From Epithemia pelagica (taxonomy: Eukaryota; Protista; Bacillariophyta), in assembly GCA_946965045.2 (NCBI GenBank), contig OX337232.1, forward strand, positions 3,038,001 to 3,102,000: a stretch of DNA of 64,000 nucleotides, in the 5' to 3' direction. Of the stretch, positions 9,501-19,026 are shown piece by piece. Each line of letters begins with the position of its first letter. Position 1 is the stretch's first letter. Made by a program: the position numbers and the translations under genes. The notes under the pieces are model-generated. The model saw only the letters and a program-made list of their open reading frames with translations, was not told where the DNA came from and searched no databases.

Positions 9501-11651
9501 ATCTTGTCCAAAGTTCTCCAACGTCTTCAAGACAAGAACTTCTCCATCAACCCTTCCAAATGTGAATGGGCCGTTAAAGAAACGGAATGGCTCGGCCATT
9601 GGCTCACGCCCACTGGGATCAAGCCCTGGAAAAAGAAAATTTCTGCCATCTTGGCATTGGCTCCGCCAAAAACCATGAAAGAACTTCGTTCCTTCATTGG
9701 CATGATCAATTTCTATCGCCACATGTTTCCGCAACGATCACATATTCTTGCTCCCCTCACATCCATTACGGGTAACAAGACCCTCGTTTGGTCCCCGCAA
9801 TGTCAACGTGCTTTCGAAAAAGCCAAGTCCATGCTCGCACATGATGCCTTCCTTCGGTATCCCGACCATAACCTTCCCTTCCATGTCTATGTGGACGCCT
9901 CTGATTACCAGCTTGGTGCTGTAATCATGCAACAAGACGTTCCCGTCGCTTATTACTCTCGCAAGTTAAACCCTGCTCAACGCAACTACACTACTATGGA
10001 AAAGGAGTTACTCTCCATTGTCGAAACTCTTAAGGAGTTCCGCTCCATGCTTCTCGGCTGTGCCGAACTGCACGTCCATACGGACCATAAAAATCCTACT
10101 TACGCTACTCTCAACTCGCAACGGGTCCTCCGTTGGCGGTTGTTCCTCGAGGAGTATAACCCTATTTTTCACTATGTCCCTGGCCAGGACAATGTCATCG
10201 CCGACGCATTGTCGCGTCTCCCTCTCTCTGAAGAGGAGGAGAAGAGTGTCTCTCCGTCGTCGACCTCCTCTACGGATGCCTCGCCGCATCCACGATCGCT
10301 CTATGATCATAGCGGACAACACTCAGTGTTGCAAGTGCCTCATGGCCCTAATGATGACCCCCGCTCTCATCACTCGCGTGATCCTGACGCTTTCGAATCT
10401 CCCATCTTCATGGATGAGGATTTGATCGATGTCTACCTCAATCATCCTCCCATCAACGCAAATCAACCATTGCCCGTCGATTACGCGACGATCCATCAAC
10501 ACCAACAGAACGATGCCGCTCTTGTGGCCAAGTTGACCGAACAACCACAGAGATTCCATCTCCAACCCTTCCCTACGGAAAACCCACAATACAACTTGAT
10601 TTGTTATCGTCAGAATCCTAATGCCGCATGGCGTATTCGTATCCCAGACAGCCTCTTGGCCCATACCGTCAATTGGTATCACCTGTCCCTCAATCACTTG
10701 GGGTCTACACGTCTTCGCGAGACGATCTTTATGCACATGAGTCATCCTAATTTGGGTTTGTATTGTGAACAAGCCGTGGCTAGTTGTGCTACATGCCAAC
10801 GCTCTAAAGTCATACATCGCCATTATGGTGAACTCCCTCCTCGCGAGGTCCGAGGCAATCCATGGGCTGACATCTCTGTCGACCTCATTGGACCATGGAA
10901 CGTTACCGTTCATGGGCAGAAATTAACATTTCAAGCCCTGACTATTATCGATAATGTCACTAACTTCTGCGAACTCATTCGCATCCATGATAAGACGGCA
11001 CGTCACGTGGGTCTGCAATTGGAAAACGCGTGGCTCTCACGCTATCCACGTCCCGTTCGTTGCCTTTTTGATCAAGGCGGTGAATTTATTGGACATGCGT
11101 TCACGCAAGTGCTTCGAAACCATGGCATTAAGCCAGTGCCGTTGACGGCCAAGAATCCTCAATCAAATGCTCTTTGCGAGCGACTACATTTGACTGTTGG
11201 CAACACTCTTCGTGTGATCACCAACTATGAACCACCACAAGATGCACAAAATGCTGCACTTGCCGTGGATACTGCTCTGCAGACTGCTGCGTATTCCACT
11301 CGCACTGCCATTCATGGCGCCTTGAAATATTCTCCCGGCAGCCTTGCGTTCCATCGCGACATGCTGTTCGACATCCCTATTATCACGGACATGGAAACAG
11401 TCCGTCTGAAACGACAACAGATTGTCAATGAACACGCTCGTCTCGCAAATCGTTCTCGTGTCTTTCATGACTACGCTGTCAACGATCGTGTGTTGCTCCG
11501 CGCCACGAATCCGGACAAGCTTGAGCTCCGCACAAGCCCTAATCCCTTTCGGATTACACAAGTCCATTCCAATGGCACTGTGACTATCCAACGTGGTCCC
11601 CACGTCACTGAACGAATCAACATTCGTCGCCTTGTTCCATTTCGTGAATAA
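6573..11651 (+). CDS. gypsy gag-pol polyprotein (1692 aa)
   Basis: Gag with CPY..H..HTW..C motif, protease ALLDSGA, RT LPMG...YIDD, RNase H VDAS...TDH, integrase H-H-C-C and D..DQG..ERLH. Confidence 0.98.
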   Translation: MSTGSSLVSLADVQRFQKRFDQASASDSSSALSTLKLKDDDDDKYYVRLLPFRDGVDEEPSNLFLWVLHIVDKVKISGHPEPFAACCTYFPRVTTSLVADKFHDAFQALPDGADLDEACFKRLIAMIFEPKLTVSEVNAFRAHLLSGPRKPPDMNVDIHYHTLQKISNGLRYLSNDNAVQALTDDELKQAFYLGSPVAWRNEFKTANPLVADLVNHFNITDLLHAMRGYQKVSQEKMAANAQSQAKSRNPRDDSTSRGSTKRFRSSNGGRGGLRGGNRQSNGGRQASGDRPVNDGDACPYKDAIPSHANHTWANCIYNPQSSNFNQERFNAFLARTGSGLRTPTGSHPNNGSQNQGRNGQGSRSQGTPSSGGSRPIGSSWGAVPRRSGSGSDQHASEGTSTGDNPPVDPSLAEPLPSVQDAAYRARQRPLTDIRDWSSLRNADRTVPGMCSSSFFTSSSPDISHHLDVLFAQQCHIQTGPPQAMPAENAILRPQFSRSANNCTRSTGVTWTSPTSTTCPPLEATTNTVASPCLNPTDAVIADIVDPNNGFLSNLDHYEDVYSSSSVSDAPSLSSPLSVAPSEPPSVPLTILMARSIGGVENTVPLRALLDSGADKTILHARCLQPGMHPRVTNRSVNTTMGTRDHVSEILLEDLVLPEFSRTKHISYPLWADIFDAPTCRYDIIIGRDLLRRLGIVLNFHTGLTTCTTWDSVDVAMRHRDSFATDQTFMSHFIDIFADDPIIGDQFLLDSNYVPTDLQDLIDKQHHLTDAQKQDLLAIWQDCGKIFDGELREYPDRTLHLHLKPDAQPVHHRHFSVPRNIHDTFTKELWRFVDIGILERVGSTEWAAPHFAIPKKDGRIRMISDFRSLNAQLYRRVYPFPRIEDMLRKRKGYTYFTKLDISMCFYTFRLDEESSNLCVITTPFGKFRYRRLPMGVKQSPDFCQEIMEDVLKDFSDHVEVYIDDIGIFSNSWEEHVDILSKVLQRLQDKNFSINPSKCEWAVKETEWLGHWLTPTGIKPWKKKISAILALAPPKTMKELRSFIGMINFYRHMFPQRSHILAPLTSITGNKTLVWSPQCQRAFEKAKSMLAHDAFLRYPDHNLPFHVYVDASDYQLGAVIMQQDVPVAYYSRKLNPAQRNYTTMEKELLSIVETLKEFRSMLLGCAELHVHTDHKNPTYATLNSQRVLRWRLFLEEYNPIFHYVPGQDNVIADALSRLPLSEEEEKSVSPSSTSSTDASPHPRSLYDHSGQHSVLQVPHGPNDDPRSHHSRDPDAFESPIFMDEDLIDVYLNHPPINANQPLPVDYATIHQHQQNDAALVAKLTEQPQRFHLQPFPTENPQYNLICYRQNPNAAWRIRIPDSLLAHTVNWYHLSLNHLGSTRLRETIFMHMSHPNLGLYCEQAVASCATCQRSKVIHRHYGELPPREVRGNPWADISVDLIGPWNVTVHGQKLTFQALTIIDNVTNFCELIRIHDKTARHVGLQLENAWLSRYPRPVRCLFDQGGEFIGHAFTQVLRNHGIKPVPLTAKNPQSNALCERLHLTVGNTLRVITNYEPPQDAQNAALAVDTALQTAAYSTRTAIHGALKYSPGSLAFHRDMLFDIPIITDMETVRLKRQQIVNEHARLANRSRVFHDYAVNDRVLLRATNPDKLELRTSPNPFRITQVHSNGTVTIQRGPHVTERINIRRLVPFRE

Positions 11652-11717
11652 ATGGGTTTTAATGCTGGCCGCCAAGCTTTCCCATTCTTGTCCGGCTCGA
11701 ACTCCCTAGGTCCGACC

Positions 11718-11731
11718 AGGGAGAGGTAGAG
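11718..11731 (+). other. polypurine tract
   Basis: AGGGAGAGGTAGAG abutting the 3' LTR. Confidence 0.85.
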
Positions 11732-11947
11732 TGCGGTACCCCTATATGGATCCCGCCATACGTGTCACCACGTTCCATTCCCGGTTCGCGTTCTTGACAC
11801 TGCGACATGAATCTTCCGCCATCTGGCTGTTCCTCCTCCAGTCATTTCTCGTCGCACGTGGCACTGTGGATTCCTCAGTCCCCCTAATTCCTCGTAATTC
11901 CTAAAGATCACAATTTTTATACCGTGCTATTTTACATGGGTATGGCA
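11732..11947 (+). repeat. gypsy 3' LTR
   Basis: Direct repeat of 6229-6444, followed by the TSD CAACT. Confidence 0.97.
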
Positions 11948-11963
11948 CAACTTTCTTTATTCA

Positions 11964-13670
11964 ATGAACTCATTGAAGACAGATGCAACCATGGCCCATG
12001 TCGACGGAATGGACGTTGAGAGCGCACAGCCCGTGCAACTTTCCGCTGCCTTCGAGGAAATAAAGAGAAAAGGAGTTGAACTTGGGGCCCCTATGGACGA
12101 ATGCGTCGTTAAAATCGGCGCTGCTGGTTTATCCGCTGCCGGCATTGCCGATCTTGCTGTTGGCGACAAGGTGGATCTGGCATGTCTCAAACCGCTGCGA
12201 ACAGCCAAAGATTTTCTGCCGGAAATGATCTATGTTCGAAAGGAAATGCAGGAAATGCTTACCAAGCTGCTACCGCAACACGCAGGAGAAGAACAGCGAA
12301 TTTTGGTGGGTTCGCCTGGGGTAGGCAAGTCGGTTCTTTTCTTCCTGACTGCGCTGTGCCGTGTTGTGGCCCACGGAGAGATGATTCTTTATCTTCGAAA
12401 AACCTCCAATGCTCAATCTTTCTCACTCCTTCTTATGGAGAAGGGTACCGATGCCGATGCAGTCAATATCCTTTTCAACCGATCACTAAAAACCAAACTT
12501 CATGATGACCCACATTCTTTGTGCAAGGGTTTGCTTGGTTTGACGATCACGAATTTCTATGCAATGGTTGATGGCCCAAGGCACAATGACCCCAAAGGCG
12601 ATCTTCTGGCCGGCGGCTACGACGCGCTCTGCACGTCGGCTGGATATCCTGCATTGAGACAAGAGCAAATTGAAGACACTGTGGTTGAAGTACTCAGCGG
12701 TTGGACGGAGGTATCTATCAAAGAAGCGCTGAAGACGATGATTGTGGGCTGCACAGACGAACAAGCAGATGACAGATACAAGCTGAGTGGCGGAAGGATT
12801 CGATTGGGTTTTCTCGACCAGAAGAAAGTCGAAGCATGGTACGATCAAGTTATTGAGGCCGCCGGGAAAGAAAAAATCAAGCTGGCGATTACGAGTCAGG
12901 GAGCGACAGGGGAGGCAACTAGCAGCGATCGGCTCCGCACTCGCTTCCACAACCAAACAGACGGAACAAATCGCATGATTGTAGACTCTGAGTACTGTTT
13001 TTGTAAGCTCTCTGACCGGCTTGAATCGTCAGATTTGATGGAGTCGTACAATTTAGCCCGGGCCCTACGATTGCAGGCTGCAAGAGGCTGGTTTTACGAG
13101 GAAATCATCCATCGGTGGTTCCAAAATACCGTCGTGCCCGAGTTGGGATCTTTCATGAAGGGATTGGGCACCAACGCCGAGGGAGTTCAACAGCTTCTCA
13201 CGGGAATCCAACATTTGGCTGGAACTACTATCTATTGGGCCCCCAGTAAACCGAACTTCGCGAACATTGATGCCGCCCTCCTGATTGGCCGAACGTTGAT
13301 CTGTTTTCAGTACACGGTACAAAGTACCCACAAATTTGATGGGGATACATTGTATGTGGATATCGTGGGGGTGCTGCTTGGCGCAGGAATACAGATCGAA
13401 AGAGTCCAGGTCGTGTTCGTCACTCCGGAAGATGCCGCCTTCAGTTATGGCGAACATTCAGACTTCACCAAGGACTGTTCCGTCACACTACAGTCGGCAA
13501 CTAGATCTATTCAACTCCTACAATTGCAGTTTACCTTCCAATCAGCAGTGGTGGAAGCAGATTCTGATGTATCACTTAACAATGGAATTACAAGCAATAT
13601 CCTTCCCATCCTACGAGCCGCTCAACCTGCTGTCGCCGATCAGGAACAGAATATGGCTGGGGTTTATTGA
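11964..13670 (+). CDS. Crinkler/RHS-like protein: P-loop NTPase followed by a PD-(D/E)xK (REase-like) nuclease domain (568 aa)
   Basis: IYVR motif ahead of Walker A ILVGSPGVGKS, then MVDGP, CTSAGY and GGRIR. C-terminal YWAPSKPNFANIDAAL...CFQYTVQSTHKF matches the P...N....D...Q.T...H pattern of CRN/RHS nuclease domains. Confidence 0.75.
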   Translation: MNSLKTDATMAHVDGMDVESAQPVQLSAAFEEIKRKGVELGAPMDECVVKIGAAGLSAAGIADLAVGDKVDLACLKPLRTAKDFLPEMIYVRKEMQEMLTKLLPQHAGEEQRILVGSPGVGKSVLFFLTALCRVVAHGEMILYLRKTSNAQSFSLLLMEKGTDADAVNILFNRSLKTKLHDDPHSLCKGLLGLTITNFYAMVDGPRHNDPKGDLLAGGYDALCTSAGYPALRQEQIEDTVVEVLSGWTEVSIKEALKTMIVGCTDEQADDRYKLSGGRIRLGFLDQKKVEAWYDQVIEAAGKEKIKLAITSQGATGEATSSDRLRTRFHNQTDGTNRMIVDSEYCFCKLSDRLESSDLMESYNLARALRLQAARGWFYEEIIHRWFQNTVVPELGSFMKGLGTNAEGVQQLLTGIQHLAGTTIYWAPSKPNFANIDAALLIGRTLICFQYTVQSTHKFDGDTLYVDIVGVLLGAGIQIERVQVVFVTPEDAAFSYGEHSDFTKDCSVTLQSATRSIQLLQLQFTFQSAVVEADSDVSLNNGITSNILPILRAAQPAVADQEQNMAGVY

Positions 13671-14018
13671 CCTACTTTCCTGTTGGAGGGACAATGGTTT
13701 GGAGGGCAGTTGTGCTTCCTTTGCCCCCAAAGTCTCAGGAGGATTGAAGGACGGCTTATTGAGAACGCCGGGTTCTCCAACGTAGATCTTGTTAAGAACG
13801 AACGGCGAAAAGGGACAATCAAAACATCCGTACGAATTCAAGTCAACGCTCGGGGCTCTTTCGAATCCACCAAAATGATTACCTCTTGGACCACAATAAT
13901 TGGCAGGTATATAGATAATGGGTTCTTGTTTGTTATTTGCGAGTGCAAGAGAACCGGTTGCAACCGACTCTGGTGATATTAACCTTACAGAGTCTACTAG
14001 AGTCTAGAGGACATTACT

Positions 14019-15716
14019 TTATTTGCTTGATCCGAGCGCTTCCTTCAATGCCTTTGTGAGACCCGCCTCCGTTCCAGTGGTGCATTGGAGCTCCGCGAGC
14101 AAAGCTTCAGGTAGTAATGGGACACGACTGCCGCGACTCGTCATCATCATGGCAGAGTTGAGGGACGTCAGAAAGTCTTTCAACGCCTCATCGTTTTTGC
14201 CATGATGTTGTATCATCAAGGCTTGTCGAAGAAAGACTACCAATTGAGAGATATCCTTCATGTTGCGTGCTTGCAAGGCATCTCGATCATCAAACGAGGG
14301 ACTAAAGAGCATCTGAAAGAGACCGGGTACCAAGACTTGCAAGCAAAATTGTACGAGTCCTCGTCGCTATTGCTCCTGATGAGAGGAAGACGAAGCGTTG
14401 GGTCCACTCCACTGTTCGACAAGCTCTCGAAAGAAACGAATACATGTTCTCTTGACACTGGCATCTTCCACATGGATCGCGGCATGACTCATCGTCTGCA
14501 AGATATTTTCCAAACTCCCATCATTGGTGGGAGATAAGAGCACCGGTGTCGCTCTGTGTAAGACCAAATGGTGTAAAACAATGTAACCCATCTTTTGAAT
14601 GGCCAATTATTCTACAACCAAATGCGGAGGAATCTCGGCAGAAGCTGTTGGTGTCAAACAGGTTCCATCGTTTGGAGCCATGCCTCCTCCCACCTGCATG
14701 GTGGGGACCAGACTTTGACACTTTTGAAGAAAGCGCAAAAGAGCCACATCCATGACCGCAACAGAGTCTTCACGAAACTTGATACAGAGTTGATTCAACA
14801 ATTGTGCCACGGCAGAAAGATCCTCGGCAGTACAGTGATCAATGAGCAGACAGATCATAGGTGGCATGGGCGCCAAGACTTTGGGTCCAAGTACAATGAT
14901 CATTCGTTGTAAGAAGACCATTGATTTGTCTCGAATCGATTCCACCATGGGCAGCGTCTGTACCACTCTCAACACGACTTGTGTGGCCTCCAAAAAGAGA
15001 CCTTGCACCTGTTCGCTAGGGGATTTGGCAAATCCCTTGCTCAAGTGTGCCAGCGCGGCAATCGATCTGGATAGGGTCGACGCTAGGTCGTCCATTTCGT
15101 CACGTGATGAAGAACGATGTGACAGTAACGCGAGCTGTTGTTCCATTCCCTGCGCATGGGGCGCAAGGACTTGTGTCAGTAATCGACTCTGTACCTCCAA
15201 TTCTTAATTCGTCATACCCAGCAAGAGACCCATCGCGTCAAAGAGCTTGAGGACATCGTCAGATAGAAGCAGTCGGTTTGCCGCACTGTTGTGGGATGCT
15301 TCCGCAACTCTCATCACGAAACCTTGAACACCTTCAATAACTGATTCCGTGTACGGTCTCAATAAACGTATGGATGATTTGATGAGACGTGGAAGAAGAT
15401 GGCAACATCTCGATCGAACTCGCAAGTCGGCATTTTGTAGACCTTGTAGACCCGTCATGGTTTCCAACAGTCTTGCCAAGAGTGCGTTACCATTTCCCAC
15501 CGTTGGCAATTCCGTCCCTTGAAAAAGGTCGTCGTATCGAAGGACTGTCTCATAGTACAAACTCAAGACACTAAAACTCGAACTTTGCACCATCGACGAG
15601 CTCAGATGCAAATTCACCCACATCGTTTGAAAGGCTGGCAAACGAAGAGCACTATTCACGCCCGTTGTGGATGCCAGTCCTTCATAGTAGTGATAGAGGA
15701 GTCGGAGGGTGGCCAT
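14019..15716 (-). pseudogene. XPOT: exportin-T (Los1/PAUSED)-like 3' fragment with three in-frame stops
   Basis: LRLLYH, YYETVLRY, VRSRCCHLLPRLIK and LNQLCIKF motifs. Four ORF-track pieces share one frame, separated by TAA (15204), TAA (14607) and TAG (14367). The N-terminal half is absent. Confidence 0.75.
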
Positions 15717-16264
15717 CTTGTGCCCATTCTTCTTCTCAGTAGGAGTCGACGACTTGTTGTTGCTGTCGTTGTATAACCAGGCTCAAACGTGATGACGAGT
15801 CGGACAAGGTCTTTTGCATCATCACGAGGTTTGAGTCGAAAATCAATACGTTCTTGCTTGTCGTTGTACAAAACTTGCCCATCGACAGATGCCCCTTTGA
15901 AAAACTGCTGGGCAAACTTGACGATTGACTTGAAATGCACCTGCAATGTCTCTGTAGAGAGGCGAATCCAACCCGTAGTTCCGTGATATGTAAAAGAATC
16001 ATTGTACGAAGGGTCTGTTTCAAGAGAAGACGCTGATGGATAAATGAAGCCATCGTTCGCAAGCTTGATACAGTATCGAGATTTCCGGTGAAGGAAGTGG
16101 ATAGGGAAAGGGAAGGCCGCCGACAAATACTCGTAGTGATCATATTTGTAAAGGATGTGCCAGCGTTTGTCATCGAGTTGGTCGCAAACAAAGCGCTTAT
16201 CTGAGGAAAGTGTTGCTTCTTCCTCACACCAAGATCGGATGATATCGTCGATACGTGTGAGCAG
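15656..16264 (-). pseudogene. unidentified coding remnant, interrupted by the Mutator-like element and abutting the exportin-T fragment
   Basis: Removing 16265-17362 and one TSD copy joins 17419-17363 to 16254-15656 in one open frame (…KLKRLLPDRILLTRIDDIIRSWCEEE…). Confidence 0.5.
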
Positions 16265-17362
16265 TACCCCCCCCCCCCAGCGGGGGTGAGTAATGAGGAC
16301 TAGCGATAGAATACACGATTTGTATTCTCTATCTCACCCCCAAGGCGCGATCCTCGAAATCGGCGATTTCCCAACTTTGACACAAACTCAGCACAACCAC
16401 AACGCAAACACCACGAGGCCCATCTGGCTGTGGATGTAACAACACCCATGGACCCTCCCAAGTCCAACCGTGTTGTCCATCCTTTCTCTACCAACCCAAG
16501 AGTCACTCCTGGCGCTGCAATTACTGGTGCGGCCAGTCCGATCGCTCCAAGCGCTCAGTACCACTACGGTGCAAACCCAAACAACAACAATCAAACAGAT
16601 AACCCTCTGTCTGAACGTGGTATGGATCCCTTTGTCTCTTTTCAAGTACCTCCCATGATCAATTACCCCTCCCCTATGTACCTGGTGACTCTCAGGATGC
16701 GTAGAACCAAGTTGGGACTTTGAAGTAAGGAACTGAGTGATACAACACGCAACCAGTGAGAATCCACTATTTTTTCAGCCTGAACGTTTTATCATGGTTC
16801 TACAGCAAGTTTGGTGATACCCACTCTAAAATCTATGCATTTGGAAGGGTTCTATTTTGTTTTGCGTTTGTTTGGTACCCCCCTCCTTTGTTGTTCCGTT
16901 GGGCCGCTGCGGCCAAGTACAAGTGAGCACATCGTTGGACGGACATTTTCTTGGGAGACGATGGCTGTGTTGTTGTCGGCACCGCCTCCTTTGTAGGATC
17001 GTTTGTATGTGTCGTGTAGTGCATTGTCATTTGCAAGGATGCGTTGGTATCGTTGATTGTTGTACGTTTGGAGGATTCGCCGCGGTAGCATTGTGTTTGG
17101 AATGAAAGTGTGCGCACCAGCAATTGCAGCGCCAGGAGTGTCCCTTGGGTTGTTAGAGACAGCATGGACAACACGGTTGGACTTGGGAGGGTCCATGGGT
17201 GTTGTTACATCCACAGCCAGATGGGCCTCGTGGTGTTTGCGTTGTGGTTGTGCTGAGTTTGTGTCAAAGTTGGGAGCAGCCGACGCGCCTTGGGGGTGAG
17301 TAAGGGAATACAAGCGCAGCGTATTCGATCACGCGGGACTCACTCACCCCTGCTTGGGGGTA
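16265..17362. mobile_element. non-autonomous Mutator-like (MULE) element, 1098 bp, long TIRs
   Basis: 10-bp TSD GTGTGAGCAG at 16255-16264 and 17363-17372. Termini TACCCCC.../...GGGGGTA. Inverted arms of about 260 bp include an identical 112-bp block (16369-16480 vs 17164-17275). No transposase. The superfamily is inferred from TSD length and long TIRs. Confidence 0.85.
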
Positions 17363-17824
17363 GTGTGAGCAGGATGCGATCAGGGAGAAGTCGCTTCAAT
17401 TTCCCAGCGAGGTATGTTCCTGTGTTTTACTTCAATTGTGAATTGTTACACATTCTGCGGGAGTATATTGCAAGCTCAAAAAGTTTGCCAGGATGAGGTG
17501 GGCTGGCGATGACGGTTATGAGCGTTTGCTCGTATATCGTATATGTTCCGTCAAATGCTCCGTATCTCAAGTCTCAAGTTCCGTATCAAACTTTGCACGA
17601 TTTCTCACAATTTCGAAAACACATAAAGATCTCATATCTGTTCACTCAACGTTCAAAAGAACTGGGTCCATAGTCCATAGTATCAAGAAAACAAGAATCA
17701 AGAATCCTTTTGGAGCTCTGAAGAACACTCGTTGAGGCAAACCAACCATCTCTGTCCTGAGTCCAGAGTTCAGAGAGACATACAAGAAAAGCTGTGAACT
17801 TCCCTCTTTGTAAATCTCAACGTC

Positions 17825-18859
17825 ATGCCAAAAGAGACTCGATGTGATTCCATAGGAAATTCAATTCCCTCTTCATCAGACTCTGCAGCTGAGAAATCAA
17901 AGTCGCCCGTTGTGGAAGACTCCAACGACAACTCCAATTGGTTACCACTTGATTCGTCATGCGACAACAATGACCGAAGTATGAATCACTTTGACCTGAC
18001 TTCGACAAGATTGCGATCATCGAGTTATAGTCTCTCTGAAAACAATGCACTTGTGGAGGATTCCAGTTCATCAAAACTACCAGATTCGGACGTTGAGTCG
18101 AAGCCCTTGCGTTCAAAGCCGGACGAACCGGTTTGGTCCAGGACATTGTGGACGTTTCTGCTTGTGGCGACACTCGTGTTCTTGCTACCAGACTTGTTGA
18201 CAGACAGTCCCTTCAAGTCTTTGGAAACTGGACACAAGTCGGTTTACGTGTCTGGTGGTGGTTTCTCTGGGTTTTGGTTTACCCTAGGGAGATTGAACAG
18301 TGTCCAAGATTTGATGGATCGTGATTACTACTGTGTATCGGCTGGTTGCCTAGCTGTTGTGGCTGTATTTCAGAACTACACGGTACACGAAATGATTGAC
18401 AAGGCAGAGGATGCCCGATCCGGCTGGATGAATGGAAAACTCAACAGATACGAGGTTGTTCCACGATTTCTCGACAATATGCTCAATGCTTCGGCCTCGC
18501 CATCCAACAATCATCGCATCTGGAAAAACGACCAAGTTCTCTCCAAGATTAATATCATCACGACTGTGCCCCATTCACAGTGGCCGTGGGGTGTGCAGGT
18601 CGCGACTCGAAACCCAACGTCCATGGAAGATTTGCGAACCATGCTGCTTCAAACAACTTGGATTCCCTTTGCGGTTGGACAGAGTTGGTGGCATTTGGGA
18701 CACATGGATGGGGCCTTTTCGTTATTTTACCACCCACGATGTGCGTCGACGGTCCGACTCCCCATTAATTTTGACTTGATATCCAATACTCTGAACATTG
18801 GGTTGGACCGAGAGAAAGCAACAGAGTATTGGGAGCTAGGCTTGCAGTATGGTGTATAG
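17825..18859 (+). CDS. patatin-like phospholipase domain protein with an N-terminal transmembrane segment (344 aa)
   Basis: Gly-rich SGGGFSGFWFTLG, nucleophile elbow YCVSAG, catalytic HMDGA; hydrophobic stretch WTFLLVATLVFLL. Confidence 0.75.
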   Translation: MPKETRCDSIGNSIPSSSDSAAEKSKSPVVEDSNDNSNWLPLDSSCDNNDRSMNHFDLTSTRLRSSSYSLSENNALVEDSSSSKLPDSDVESKPLRSKPDEPVWSRTLWTFLLVATLVFLLPDLLTDSPFKSLETGHKSVYVSGGGFSGFWFTLGRLNSVQDLMDRDYYCVSAGCLAVVAVFQNYTVHEMIDKAEDARSGWMNGKLNRYEVVPRFLDNMLNASASPSNNHRIWKNDQVLSKINIITTVPHSQWPWGVQVATRNPTSMEDLRTMLLQTTWIPFAVGQSWWHLGHMDGAFSLFYHPRCASTVRLPINFDLISNTLNIGLDREKATEYWELGLQYGV

Positions 18860-19026
18860 ATATCGATGAAAAATTGCGTCATATCTATTTCGTTGATCAA
18901 TCTGTATTTGTGTTTGCAACCAACAGCTCCCACTTAGAACTGCACATACTAACCACTTCAATTTGTGGTTTACAACGTCTCCTTTGGGCTAACACTCAAG
19001 AGTTCGCTTCACGTTCTATAGCTGCA

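Larger units (their letters stand above)
6229..11947 (+). mobile_element. full-length Ty3/gypsy LTR retrotransposon, recent insertion
   Basis: 216-bp LTRs with one mismatch, TG...CA termini, 5-bp TSD CAACT (6224-6228 and 11948-11952), polypurine tract, and a single intact gag-pol ORF in PR-RT-RH-IN order. Confidence 0.99.

Noticed and set aside
14019-15716. Alternative genetic code (TAA/TAG = Gln) as the explanation for the in-frame stops
   Set aside because: Intact genes in the window end at TAA or TAG exactly where the protein should finish (desaturase TAA, patatin TAG, SCCPDH TAA).
16265-17362. Tc1/mariner interpretation with a TA TSD
   Set aside because: A 10-bp direct repeat (GTGTGAGCAG) lies outside the TA on both sides, so the TA belongs to the TIR.
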